From Nemertoderma westbladi (lineage: Eukaryota; Animalia; Xenacoelomorpha), in NCBI GenBank assembly GCA_032718475.1, contig JAUCBJ010003948.1, positions 1 through 56,612 on the forward strand: DNA of 56,612 nt, written 5' to 3'. Below, piece by piece: positions 24,731 through 35,929 of the stretch. The stretch's first letter is position 1; each line of letters begins with the position of its first letter. Under the pieces are notes generated by a model. It saw only the letters and a program-made list of their open reading frames with translations. It was not told where the DNA came from and made no database searches. A program made the position numbers and the translations under genes.

Positions 24731-24790
24731 TTTAAAATTTGTAGAATAATTTAGCTAAAATTCAATATTTTCAATTGACATTGCTATATA

Positions 24791-25864
24791 ATGCATAGAC
24801 ATGAAACTTGTTTGGTCTGTAATAAAGAAATGAGACAAGACAATTTATCTCGTCATATGGAAACACATAGAAAGGAAAAACTAATGGCTCCATTACCAAA
24901 AAAATTTAAAAAATCCGAAGATATTTTTAGTGAAGATGAAAAGAAAAAGAGAGATGAGCGTGATATATTAAATATAAAACAGACAATGGAAAGTAAATTT
25001 CATAAAGTTATGAATATTTTGAAAGGGATACAAAAACAGTTACCCCTAGAAAATGAAGAAAATTTGGGTGAGAAAGATGGAGAAGAAGAGGATGATGAGA
25101 TGGAGAATGAAAATAGTGAGGGTCAGGATGAAGTTGAAGAGAGTGAAGTTGAGAACGATGAAAGTGAAGATCAGGAAGAGGATGAAGAAAGTGAAGTTCA
25201 AGAAGTGGGTGAAGATAGCGAAGGTCAGGAAGAGAATGAAGAAAGTGAAGAACAGGAAGAGGATGAAGAAAGTGAAGTTGAGAACGAAGAAAGTGAAGAT
25301 CAGGAAGAGGATGAAGAAAGTGAAGGTCAAGAAGAGGGTGAAGATAGCGAAGGTCAGGAAGAGGGTGAAGAAAGTGAAGATCAGGAAAGCGGAGAAGAGG
25401 ATGAAAATGATGATAATGAGGAAATAAAGAGGCAATTACTTGGAAATAAGAATCAATTGCGGAAAATTATTAAACATTTGAAGGAAAATGAAGAAAATAA
25501 AGAGGCGACATTGACCCAAGTTCTAGGAAGTAAAATTAAATTACAGAAATTTATTAAACAATTAGAAGAGAATGATGAAAATAAAGAAGAGATATTGAGA
25601 CAAATATTAGGAAACAAAAATCAAATGCGGAAATTTATTAAACAAATGGAAGAAAATGAGGAAAATAGAGAAGAGATATTAAGACAGGTTCTGGGAAATA
25701 AAAGTAAATTATTGAAAATTAATGAACAATTGAATAAAATTAAGAAACAGTTGGGTAATGAGGAAGATGAAAGTAAAGTAAATCAACCAGCTTTTACTAA
25801 TTTTCGAAGACCTATGATAAAAAACTCTCGTTCAGTATATGCCCGCGCAGGACGACGCTATTGA
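24791..25864 (+). CDS. 357-aa protein: N-terminal C2H2 zinc finger, long acidic tract, four ~28-aa helical repeats (element ORF2)
   Basis: CLVC-x12-H-x3-H (CLVCNKEMRQDNLSRHMETH); KKFKK; E/D/S 9-aa repeats; repeats like EENEENKEEILRQILGNKNQMRKFIKQ. Confidence 0.82.
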   Translation: MHRHETCLVCNKEMRQDNLSRHMETHRKEKLMAPLPKKFKKSEDIFSEDEKKKRDERDILNIKQTMESKFHKVMNILKGIQKQLPLENEENLGEKDGEEEDDEMENENSEGQDEVEESEVENDESEDQEEDEESEVQEVGEDSEGQEENEESEEQEEDEESEVENEESEDQEEDEESEGQEEGEDSEGQEEGEESEDQESGEEDENDDNEEIKRQLLGNKNQLRKIIKHLKENEENKEATLTQVLGSKIKLQKFIKQLEENDENKEEILRQILGNKNQMRKFIKQMEENEENREEILRQVLGNKSKLLKINEQLNKIKKQLGNEEDESKVNQPAFTNFRRPMIKNSRSVYARAGRRY

Positions 25865-26373
25865 TATTTGTTTGTTTGAGTTCCTTTCATAATAGTATTA
25901 GGGCTATTTATCCAAAACAATTATATTAGTATTAGGACTATTTATCCATAACAATTATATTAGTATTAGGACTATTTATCTATAATAATTATATTAGTAT
26001 TATAAATGTATTTACCCCACAATATTTATTACTATTAGGTCTATTTATTCAAGAAATTATATGTTTTTATAATATACTTTGGAAAATTGGTCGACTAAGT
26101 CATAATTTTTAAAACTTTAAATAAGGGTTGAGTAATTTTATAAAGTTAAGAAGAGTGAATCAATGGAGGCAACCTGAAGTCTAATCTCTTGGCCTTTACT
26201 AACATTAACTCCCAAGGTTGCATACTATCACTATAGCTGGGGGAGTCAAAGCTAGTGTACACTAGAGTCAGCCTAGAGCTAGGAAAAAGAATAATGGTCT
26301 TCTAGGGTTCGAACTCACAACCTTATAATTAGAAAACTAAGCAAATGATCAGCTTGAAGGCCTTAGACCCTTA

Positions 26374-26986
26374 TGAGTCATAGTCTATGCCTCAGTGCCT
26401 CAGTGAGGCATAGTCTATGCCTCAGTGAGTCATAGTCTATGCCTCAGTGCCTCAGTGAGGCATAGTCTATGCCTCAGTGAGGCATAGTCTATGCCTCAGT
26501 GAGTCATAGTCTATGCCTCAGTGCCTCAGTGAGGCATAGTCTATGCCTCAGTGCCTCAGTGAGGCATAGTCTATGCCTCAGTGAGTCATAGTCTATGCCT
26601 CAGTGCCTCAGTGAGGCATAGTCTATGCCTCAGTGAGGCCTAGTCTATGCCTCAGTGAGGCATAGTCTATGCCTCAGTGCCTCAGTGAGGTATAGTCTAT
26701 GCCTCAGTGAGGCATAGTCTATGCCTCAGTGAGTCATAGTCTATGCCTCAGTGCCTCAGTGAGGCATAGTCTATGCCTCAGTGAGGCATAGTCTATGCCT
26801 CAGTGAGTCATAGTCTATGCCTCAGTGAGTCATAGTCTATGCCTCAGTGCCTCAGTGAGACATAGTCTATGCCTCAGTGAGGCATAGTCTATGCCTCAGT
26901 GAGTCATAGTCTATGCCTCAGTGAGGCATAGTCTATGCCTCAGTGCCTCAGTGATGCATAGTCTATGCCTCAGTGAGTCATAGTCT
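26374..26986 (-). repeat. Palindromic 22-bp tandem array (right, inverted relative to 23814-24337)
   Basis: Unit GTGAG(G/T)CATAGTCTATGCCTCA, the reverse complement of the left array. Confidence 0.95.
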
Positions 26987-27049
26987 GTGTCAGGTCTTAA
27001 ATGGGAGTCTTACAAATTCGAACGTCAACAAACAAATTCGATGGTTACT

Positions 27050-27133
27050 GTTCCACTTTGGTGTAGTGGTTGCCTTGAATTCCCATCTCCCGTATGTCAT
27101 GGGTTCGAACCCTGCATGAACCAGGGCAGTTTT
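27050..27133 (+). ncRNA. tRNA-derived Pol III unit / SINE head
   Basis: A box TGGTGTAGTGG (27059), B box GGTTCGAACCC (27102), TTTT at 27130; the cloverleaf is imperfect. Confidence 0.5.
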
Positions 27134-27421
27134 CGTTCGGTCAGCAATAGGGCTAACGTTGCAAAATGCAGTATTATTGCCTAGTAACCAATTCATGGCT
27201 ACCATATGGTTTTCACTTTGAGACATTTCGCCCTCTAACGGCAGAATGGGGAACTTCATACTACTCTATGTCTCCACAAAATATATAGCCTATGCCGTAG
27301 TAGATGCCGATTGGGGGGTCAAATTAAGTAATAATATATCTAAATAAGTCTCAAACATCTTGCCTCATGGCTCGCCCCTTAGAACCCTTAAGCAATATAA
27401 CTTCATAGTTTTGCGGATTGT

Positions 27422-28139
27422 AAATAACAAAGCTAGAGAAGATGTTAATTTTCAAATAATACGCCCTCTAGCGGCAGACTATGGAACTGCAGACGGCTGG
27501 ACATAGATAAGAGTAATTAGTAATCAGAGCTGTCACGAGAGGGGGGCGGGGCGCTTGGATACAACTATTATTAATAAGCTGTTGCTTGGTTAAAGCTAAT
27601 TGGGGGTCAAAGGTCAACGATAAAGCTGTCTGGAGTAATTAGTTACCAGTAAGGGAGCTGTATACCCTATGTCTAAGGATAACGAGATGAAAGTCCATGA
27701 GGTCATATAGAAACCAATATATAAAACTAATTATTGGTAAATCTAAAATAAAGTACAATTAATTAATTAAAATTAAATATAAATAAATAGGTATTAATGA
27801 ATAAAAGAGCTGCGGTGTCACTTATGACACCCTCTTGAGCCGGCTCTGCGACAGTTGGACAACACTGATGATCCATTGTGTGTCAGGGCGCTAATCAGTC
27901 TGATTAATTAGGATAATCAATTAAACCCTAATAGGACACATGTTAGGGTTTAATTGTACTAATTAATTGATGACACCTGTCAATTAGGGTCTAATTAGCC
28001 TAATTGGGAGGTGTCAGCCAGACAGTCTGGCGCCAATGACACCCAATGACACCCATAGGGTGATAATTGGGTGTCATATGACACCCAATGGGTGTCAGTG
28101 GGGTCCAACTGTCGCAGAGCCGCCCAAGACCCTACTACT
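27422..28139 (-). repeat. Right terminal inverted repeat
   Basis: Inverted copy of 20511-21207. Confidence 0.93.
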
Positions 28140-31100
28140 CCTGTTAGTTCTCAATCGCGGATGTACTTGCCGCCATGGCTTGAGTGCGGGCGTTATCATC
28201 TCTCGATAACGCTTCTCTGGTGGTCCCATCAAGTGTCCTTCCTACCCATATCCCCCGTAGCACCCTTCGGGACGTTTGTTATCCCGTGGATACGGGCTCT
28301 CTCCATAAATCCTAAACTCCGCCTTGTTATTCAATGACCATCATTTCTCCGTCATCCCAATCCCTCATCAAACTGATGGTGCTTTAGTAAGGCTCAGTAG
28401 GACAACAGACGACCAATTCTGCCTGAATCAGTGTTAAAAACTGGGATGGCCTACCATATCCATATCATATCCTCGCTAACCCATGTAATATGTCCATTAC
28501 CCCTTAATCATGACTCTCCACTTACGTCATATTGTTTATCTGATGCTCGTTGCTATTTAACTAATTCATCACTACTTGCCTACAGAAAAGACTAGCTATA
28601 ACCCTCCCATTGTTATACTAGCTTCCTACCAGACTGCTTTCTGGCTCTGTAGCAATACTCTAACTCTCCACACTGGGCTATGCGCTATAGTAGTCTAGGT
28701 TGTGCGGCCTACACAGTCTATCCTACCATGCCTACATACCCCCCACAACTCCTCACGTGGTGCCCTCAATGCCCACAATAGTACGTATTACGTGTTGTTG
28801 GTCCCATTGACCCAGCTTGTGCTGGTATTTATTATGTATGTTGGCACATTGTGCCCATCAGACGTACGCAATGTATACCCCTCCTAATCCTCACTATGGT
28901 ACTGTGTATCCTTCTACTACAGTATGCGTACATACCCCCCCTCACTGATGTTGCTCTTATCTCATCCACTCTGTTTGCCACGAATATGGGATAACGCGTC
29001 TTCTCGTTATGCAACTATCCCAACACTACCATGGAATCTGTCCAGTAGTGTGTCTCTACTATACGTGGCATCGTGTCCACCAAGTATGCTGTCACTCTCA
29101 CTCCTAGTCTCACAGCCGTTAGCTCGAGTTTCGGCACTGATGCTGAATCTGGTGGCGTCGACCTCGCTTCACTAAATGCAAGCCTGGGCTTATGAGTCCC
29201 CTTCTGCTGTACCAAATAAAGTGCCACACCATATGCTTCCAGGGTTGCATTGGAGAACATATGTAGTTCTAAATCGCTCATGTCTCTATCCGGGAAGTAT
29301 ACACGTGGTATACTATAAGTCCCCATTTCTTTGAGGCTCCCTGTCCATTTCTCCCACTAAACAGTGCTTATCTCCACTGGGACTTCCGCATCCCAGTCGT
29401 CTTTAATCTTGTAGACCTTCTTCAATATTTGTTTCCCCGTGACTAACAATGGGGATGCAAGACCTAGTGGATCGTAAATCCTTGCTATGTATGACACATA
29501 GCCCCATTTAGTATGGATCCTGGCACCCTCCTGACTTAGTTGATACTCCAGTTCATCTGTCTCCCGGTTCCATACGATCCCCAGTGTCTTCTGCTGCAAT
29601 TCTATTCTCTTGTCCGCCATGATCTGCTCTTTTACCGTCATAGGCTTATCTAGTTTTACCCCCGGTTGTTTATCTTCTATGGCTTAAATGAATTCTTTAG
29701 AGTTAGACTGGAATTTGGTCAAGTTAAATCCTGATCCCTTCAGGATGTCACGAACTTCGCGCCCTCTGTCGAGGATCTCCTTAACTGAGTTTCCAGAACC
29801 CATTCCATCGTCCACATAGAACCCTCATCGAATCATATCGATCGCCTTCTCGCTGTACTCCCCCCTCTTTACCCTCCACCGTGTCTCTTACGGCTGTAGT
29901 CGTGGTAAATGAGGATGACTTGGCCCCCACATTTGGCACTACCATCTTGTACATCGGTATCTCCGACTGTTCTTTGTCACCGTTGTACCACAGGAAGTGC
30001 TGACTATCGCTATCCTCCTCCATCACCCGCAATTGGTTAAACATGCCCTCTATATTGCACGTGCAGGCGAGTTTAAGGCTTGTTTTCCACTTCTAAACCT
30101 GAACAGAACCTCTATCCCCGAGTTGTAGATATTGGGGCCTTCCAGCAGGTAATCGTTTAGGCTCTTGCTATTCGTCTTGGCAGAAGCGTCGACCACCATT
30201 CTCAACTTGCCCTTCTTAGGGTCTAGAGCCACATGAAGTGGCAAATAGTAGGTCCTATCGGTATTCGGCCCGTCCACTGGTAGTTCCACGGCCCATCCTC
30301 GGTCCACGTACTTCTTGGTGGTCTTGTGGATGTATTCGTTCTTTTCGGAGCTCCGTCTAAGCGTTTGCATTAATTTTCGAAGCCTCGTCAAGACCATCCT
30401 CTTATTGTCTGGCAGTGGTACCTTCAGTTGCTTCCATACCATCCCTATGGTATATCACCCCCCTTCACATTTCATTGAGTTCCTGACGCTCTCCTGCGCC
30501 TGCTTATTCTCCACCGAGGTTCCGACCCCAGTCTCCTTCAACCCCTCGAAGTCCTGCTGTAGCAGCCTCTTGAGTTGTTCCTCTGCTCCTTCGTCCTCCA
30601 TTTCCCTCATTGTCCCCGCGAACATGCACCCTGAGGATTTGGACACACTAAATGGGATTCTGGTCTTAATTGGGCCACTGAGCGTCCACCCAAACGGTGT
30701 GAGAATCGCCACCGGGTCTTGCTCCCTATCCTCGCCGAAAACAGTCTGTAGTCTCTCGTGGGCTGTCGGACAATCCATGCCGACTATGAGAGATACTTTC
30801 AGGACGTCCAGCTCGGGCACGGAGAAATCGATGTTATCCAGGTACCGGTACTGCTCGATCTCGATCTTCGTAGGTCGCCTGGCGTTAATGTTGATCGACT
30901 CTATTATGTGAATGGGTTCGATGGTAGTCCCCTAATCGCACCCTGGTGTTATCGCTGCAATTTCGCATCATCCCATCCTCAACTTCATGACCTCATCCTT
31001 GCTGTTACCGCCATCTTACTTGGCCTTGTCTGTAACCCTATCTTTTCGGCCACCCAACTTTCCGCTAGCGTGAATGCTGCTCCGCTATCGACCAGCATTA

Positions 31101-31650
31101 GCGTTGTAACCGATAGCTCGTTCTCCCCTATTATCCTCACTGGAACTACTCCTTGTAGTACTGTTCCCCTCCTCTTTGCTCCCAGGGTGCTTGTCGCCAT
31201 CGTCTGGCCTCCAGTCCCATCAGTCTCGGCATATTTAATCGGTGGTTCCTGACATTCATTCTTTCTGTGTCCTCCTACCGCGCATCGATGACATAGTCCA
31301 TTCTTACTGGTGTAGGCTATCTGATCTTGTTTAAGTAACGCCTGCCAATGCTTGCAGTACAACTTCCCGTCTTATGCGTCCCGTTTCTATGCAATTTACA
31401 TTTGTAATCGGGATTGTAGCGTTCCTCATATAGCGCATCACATATTGCGTTTAAATTCATATCTAACAGTTTGATGTTTTGGTTGCTTGGACTCGGCCTA
31501 CTGGGGGTATTGGGTTTGTATCTGTTCGTGTTGTTACTTTGCTTCTGTCCCTGCCATGATGTGGCTCTACTCCCAGCTCTCTGTGGACTTGTAGTCCCCT
31601 GTGTGGCCGCATACGGTAGCGACTGCATCACCTTCGGTAGTGCATTAGCC
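28140..31650 (-). mobile_element. Degenerate BEL/Pao LTR retrotransposon (gag end, protease, RT, RNase H)
   Basis: Fragmented ORFs: CHRCAVGGHRKNEC knuckle, LVDSGA, TPFGWTLSGP, YYLPLH..KLRMVVDASAK, IYDPLG, LHMFSNA..AYG, PKLEL, YWTDSMVVL, FVANRV; many stops and frameshifts; no integrase before the TIR. Confidence 0.92.
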
Positions 31651-32205
31651 GCACTATGTTCGGGTTAAGGTCGGTTGTATTTCGGTATCGTCACTTACGG
31701 GACATTTTTCAAATTTTGTAATTGTGATTACGGGCTCATTTTGGCCATTAAAATTACAATTCAGGTGCCAAACGATTAATATCCCTGCTGAGTATAATTC
31801 CTGTGAACAAATAAACGTAGCTTCGTAGTAAATTGGAGATATCAGAAATACAAAAAAAAATAACGTGGTCCGATTTTTTGTCACATACGTGACACTCGGT
31901 AAATGATTATTTTAATACAGTAAGTAGCATATAAATTGTCAAGTATGGGCCAATAACCCGATGTGTTAACACTTTCAGGTGTTTCAGTTAGATTGGCAAT
32001 TTTTGGTGGTTTAGCAGTTCTTATGAATAAATTGCTTGAGCGTGTCCAAAATGGTGTCCCATACTTAAGGGAGGTTTTCTATCAGAAAACGGAAACTCAT
32101 AAAGATTTAGATCACCAAATTTCTATGATAGTTTTGCCAATGGGTTGTATCAGTGAGATTGCTACAGTAGGTTGGCCTACCGACCGGTATATAGGCCTAC
32201 ACGAA

Positions 32206-32585
32206 GTGGGGACTTCGCGCAGCACGAAGTTGGCAGAGCCTTAGCGAATTGACACGGTTAGGGGGTAGGTCAATTTATGCAAATAGTCACGTTGGCCCTC
32301 TAGCGGCAGACTGGAGAACTGCAGATGGATTCGCCTCCTTTGAAAGTCACAGCTAATGGTCTAATACATATCTGCCAAGTTTCAGCTTAAACGGATTAAA
32401 AGCAAAGAAATGGGAGGGCATTTAATGTTTAGACATGTGGCCCTCTAGCGGGAGACCATTGCACTGATGGTGTCTGAAAGTCTCTCAAAAATCTCAACTT
32501 TTGCTCATATTGATATCTACAAATTTTCAACTTGGCAGCTTTAAATCCGACAAAGTTATTAGCATGTCAAAATCGTAACGACGAC

Positions 32586-32639
<54 letters not shown>

Positions 32640-32738
32640 AACGACGACGACGACGACGACAACTATTTGCATAAATTGACCCACCCCCTAACAGTGTCAA
32701 TTCGCTAAGGCTCCGCCAACTTCGTGGCTCGCCCCACA
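32206..32738 (-). mobile_element. Non-autonomous element with ~65-bp subterminal inverted repeats and a (GTC)n microsatellite (HINE/DINE-1-like layout)
   Basis: 32223-32287 is the inverse of 32662-32726; (CGA)n at 32578-32661; ends TGTGGGGCGAGCCACG and GCTGCGCGAAGTCCCCAC. Confidence 0.7.
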
Positions 32739-32824
32739 TATTAACCTGTATACTTATATTTTGTTTAACATTTAATTTTCTTATAAATAATTCCTCCCTG
32801 TATCTACACTATGTTTGGTTTCAG

Positions 32825-33055
32825 GTGGCCATACAGACCCTAGACGTGGTACTGTCATCGAGTAACAATGTCAATGTACCATGGGAATGTATCCGTTATC
32901 TGGTCGGTGAAGTGGTTTATGGGGGGCGGGTCACTGACCTGTGGGACAGCCGTACCCTTCTAACACTGCTCAATAACTATTGGTCATCAGCAAATCTCCA
33001 GCTCCTCTCTGATGGTTGCCATGCCGATCATGGATCAGCATACGTTGCCCACGAC
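32825..33055 (+). CDS. Axonemal dynein heavy chain exon (post-AAA6 / lid region)
   Basis: VPWECIRYLVGEVVYGGRVTDLWDSRTLLTLL matches the dynein PWxxLRYLxGExxYGGRVTDxWDRR motif; TTTCAG/GTACGT, phase 0 to phase 0. Confidence 0.9.
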
Positions 33056-34380
33056 GTACGTTTTTAAGTTTTATATAAAAACTGTTTTTATTACATATAC
33101 TGTAATGTACAGTAATTGCGGGTAAGGTTACAGTTATGACCAATCAGTGATCAACTTCAATTACATTATGCATCATACGGTGTTTTATTGCAGTGTTGAT
33201 TGAATATCGCAAATATTTTTTCTTACCTATTTAATTAATCACTTTACCTATTTTTTTAATTTTTTCACTTATTTTTTTATTATTTATTTTTACCTATTTT
33301 TTACATCATCTCGCCTATTTTTGGCAGTGTTACCGTGTACCACACAAAACTGTCTTGCTCAGTAACGGTACAGCAATTTAGACCTAACCACAAACATTAC
33401 TGGAGTCCACTACAGTAGTAAAACTTGATGTTACAGTTGTTAAAATTAAAATCCATTCTTCAAACCATTTTTCAATCTGGGAAACGCTTTCATTGCACTG
33501 CAACTTTCTACGTGAGAATCGCGCATTTCGAAAATTAAATTTTAGTAATAATTGAATCAATCGGCTTAGATGCATCAGTTGTATTATTGAACTTCGAACA
33601 ATACAATACATTGAAACAATACAATATTGAAATTTAATTTACTACTGTATAAAGCGATTTATTTCAATAAATTAATTGCGATATATTTCATTATTGCAAT
33701 AAATTAAATATAAATAACTCTTATGCCTGCGCGGGGCCAGCCTTTGAGGATAGACTTCTATTAAAAACGTTTAGATTTTATACAAATTTCTCTATACTAA
33801 AAATTATTATACAGTAGGATATTTTTACGAAAATGCAATCGCATATCACATATTTGTATAATCAATCACATACCGTATATATATATATAAATATATACAA
33901 CTGCTAGTGTCACGGCCAGGCCATGGTGTCGCTGTCAGTGCGTAAACCATCCCCTGGAAAATGTCCTCTACCCCGAATATTTTTAAAGAAATTTTGAACA
34001 TGTTTCTGTCACCAACACGTAACTAGTGATGCCAAACCATCTGTTTCAAATTTCATGCGAACTCATTTAAAATTTGTAGTTTGATTGTCTATACTCCCCA
34101 GAGAAAACTGGAACTAATTTGGCTACCATTTAAGCGTGCATGGCTATACGTGTCCTGGCTATAGTGCCTTTAAAGCAATCGTGCCGAAACCAAAACTTCC
34201 CACGCCCCATTCAGGGATCGAACCCACGTCATCAGTATTCGATACACCAGTCAATTTAGGCTTACTAAAAAATATACGTACCGGTAACAAAATAACAGTA
34301 TACCCAACCCATAAACTATCCTATATAGTCGTAACTGTAGTCCCAGGAGGATATCTTAGTTTGAAGTATTAGTAGACCTA

Positions 34381-35220
34381 TAGTTAGTGCGATTTGGAAA
34401 AACATATTAAAGTTTATATTAAATCCGGAACGTTTCGTATAATTACTTTACACATCATCAGCCGAAATAACAGTATAAAAAAATTACAAAAAAATTACAC
34501 ATAAGTATATTAATTAGGCCTAGAGACTGTAAAACTGAATTGGATCTATAATTATGTACAGTACTGAATTATTAGGCCTATATGTAATAACGTTGGAGGC
34601 CGTACATAGCAACATAGGTGAATACAAAATATAAGTTTTATAGAATGGACAACAGGTAAAAATATTACAAGACTAATTAAGTGTACCGGTACCAAAAGTA
34701 CTTATAGCTCAAACAGTACCGGTACATAAAAAAGGTAGAATATGAAAAAACTACAGTATAAATCAAATTGAAAACATAAGACACAAAATTACATCAAAAA
34801 CGGTATTACGGTAAAAAAGGAGGTTAGAAGATGACATTGTATTGTAGAAAATGTTAAGTAGTGAGAGCAGTGTCTATGGGGGGAACTTATACTGTATGGT
34901 CGGTGTATGTAAAGCAGGTTATAGTAGTGTAGGCTAGCAGAAAGCATAGAGAAGAATATACACAGATATAGAAAGTTTTAACTGTTTAAGGGTAGAATAG
35001 TTTCAAGTGGAATGAGGTGCCCGTGCCCTGTACATTCAGTTTGGGTTTATCTCTAGAAATAGTGATGCTTTCTTTTAGTAGAAGGTCGTAGTTAGTAGCA
35101 GAGCGACCAATAATTTTGTCGTCGTCGTAGGAGAACTTTCCCAAGTGCTCTGAAATGACTTTCATAGGTGCTCGGATTTACCGATATAGGGCCTAGTGTT
35201 TTTCCAAATCGCACTAACTA
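34381..35220. mobile_element. Non-autonomous TIR element, 24-bp TIRs, TA flanks
   Basis: TAGTTAGTGCGATTTGGAAAAACA at 34381 and its perfect inverse at 35197-35220; TA on both sides. Confidence 0.7.
34986..35177 (-). pseudogene. Penelope-like element, C-terminal GIY-YIG domain fragment
   Basis: Manual translation ISEHLGKFSYDDDKIIGRSATNYDLLLKESITISRDKPKLNVQGTGTSFHLKLFYP* resembles the Penelope C-terminus (LLxKESxxIxxxKPxLN...LxLF). Confidence 0.6.
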
Positions 35221-35390
35221 TACTAATTTGCTATAAACTATCCTATTCACATTATAGTTACATAATTATAGACATACCAAGTAGCCTACTTAAACTTCTG
35301 GTAAATGCCTGCCATAATACTAACCTTAACGTCAGTAAAGTCACTACTCATCTACTCCATGTATAATGAATGATAGATATATTGAGTAAT

Positions 35391-35594
35391 TTACTTCCTT
35401 AACTGCGAATTATCTTTTCTCAGCTCATTAATTATGCTGGCCAAGGCTTCCGGATTGATTCCAAGTTCACAGAGGCGCACACAGATTGAGAGAGTTTCAA
35501 TATCCAAACCGCAATTTAAAATATTTGAGATCTTTAGTAAAGTGTCTAGGGCTTCGCGGGCGGAATCAATATCATGTGGTTGATTGTCACTCAT
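35391..35594 (-). CDS. MZT1: Mitotic spindle organizing protein 1 (MOZART1)
   Basis: [49 protein letters not shown] is the conserved MOZART1 signature; complete 67-aa intronless ORF. Confidence 0.96.
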   Translation of the reverse strand: MSDNQPHDIDSAREALDTLLKISNILNCGLDIETLSICVRLCELGINPEALASIINELRKDNSQLRK

Positions 35595-35929
35595 AATTTA
35601 TATATACATATAATTACCGGTACCGATATATATATAATTTATCAAATAATTATAATCAGTTATTATTAAAGTGCCTAAACTGCACATAAGTCTGTAAGTA
35701 AGTTAGTAGAAAATCAATATTTGTTATGTAGGCCTAATGTATTAAGTAAAGTAAAGTACCGGGATCGGTACAGTAAGTAACGTACAAAGTAATGTATAGA
35801 ACATTACTGCATTATGGGATGGAAGTATCCTATACTGGACTGGTACCTGGTCTGGTACCGTCCGTACCTCTGTACCGAAATTACACAAAATTTATTAGAT
35901 AGGCCTAATGAATGGGAGAATCTTTTTTC

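Larger units (their letters stand above)
20511..28139. mobile_element. 7.6-kb long-TIR element with Polinton/Maverick-type termini, non-autonomous, carrying two orphan genes
   Basis: Starts AGTAGTAGGGTCTTGGGCGG and ends CCGCCCAAGACCCTACTACT; inverted similarity extends ~700 bp; no TSD (CACAGC vs CCTGTT); no transposase, integrase, polB or capsid motifs recognised. Confidence 0.8.

Noticed and set aside
25046-25435. Hydrophobic minus-strand ORF and Lys-rich alternative-frame ORF
   Set aside because: Shadows of the GAA-rich acidic tract of ORF2.
32527-32739. Poly-Arg, protamine-like ORF
   Set aside because: Translation of a (GTC)n microsatellite inside a small mobile element.
16852-32825. In-frame myosin-dynein fusion gene
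   Set aside because: Donor is phase 1 and acceptor is phase 0, so splicing would frameshift.
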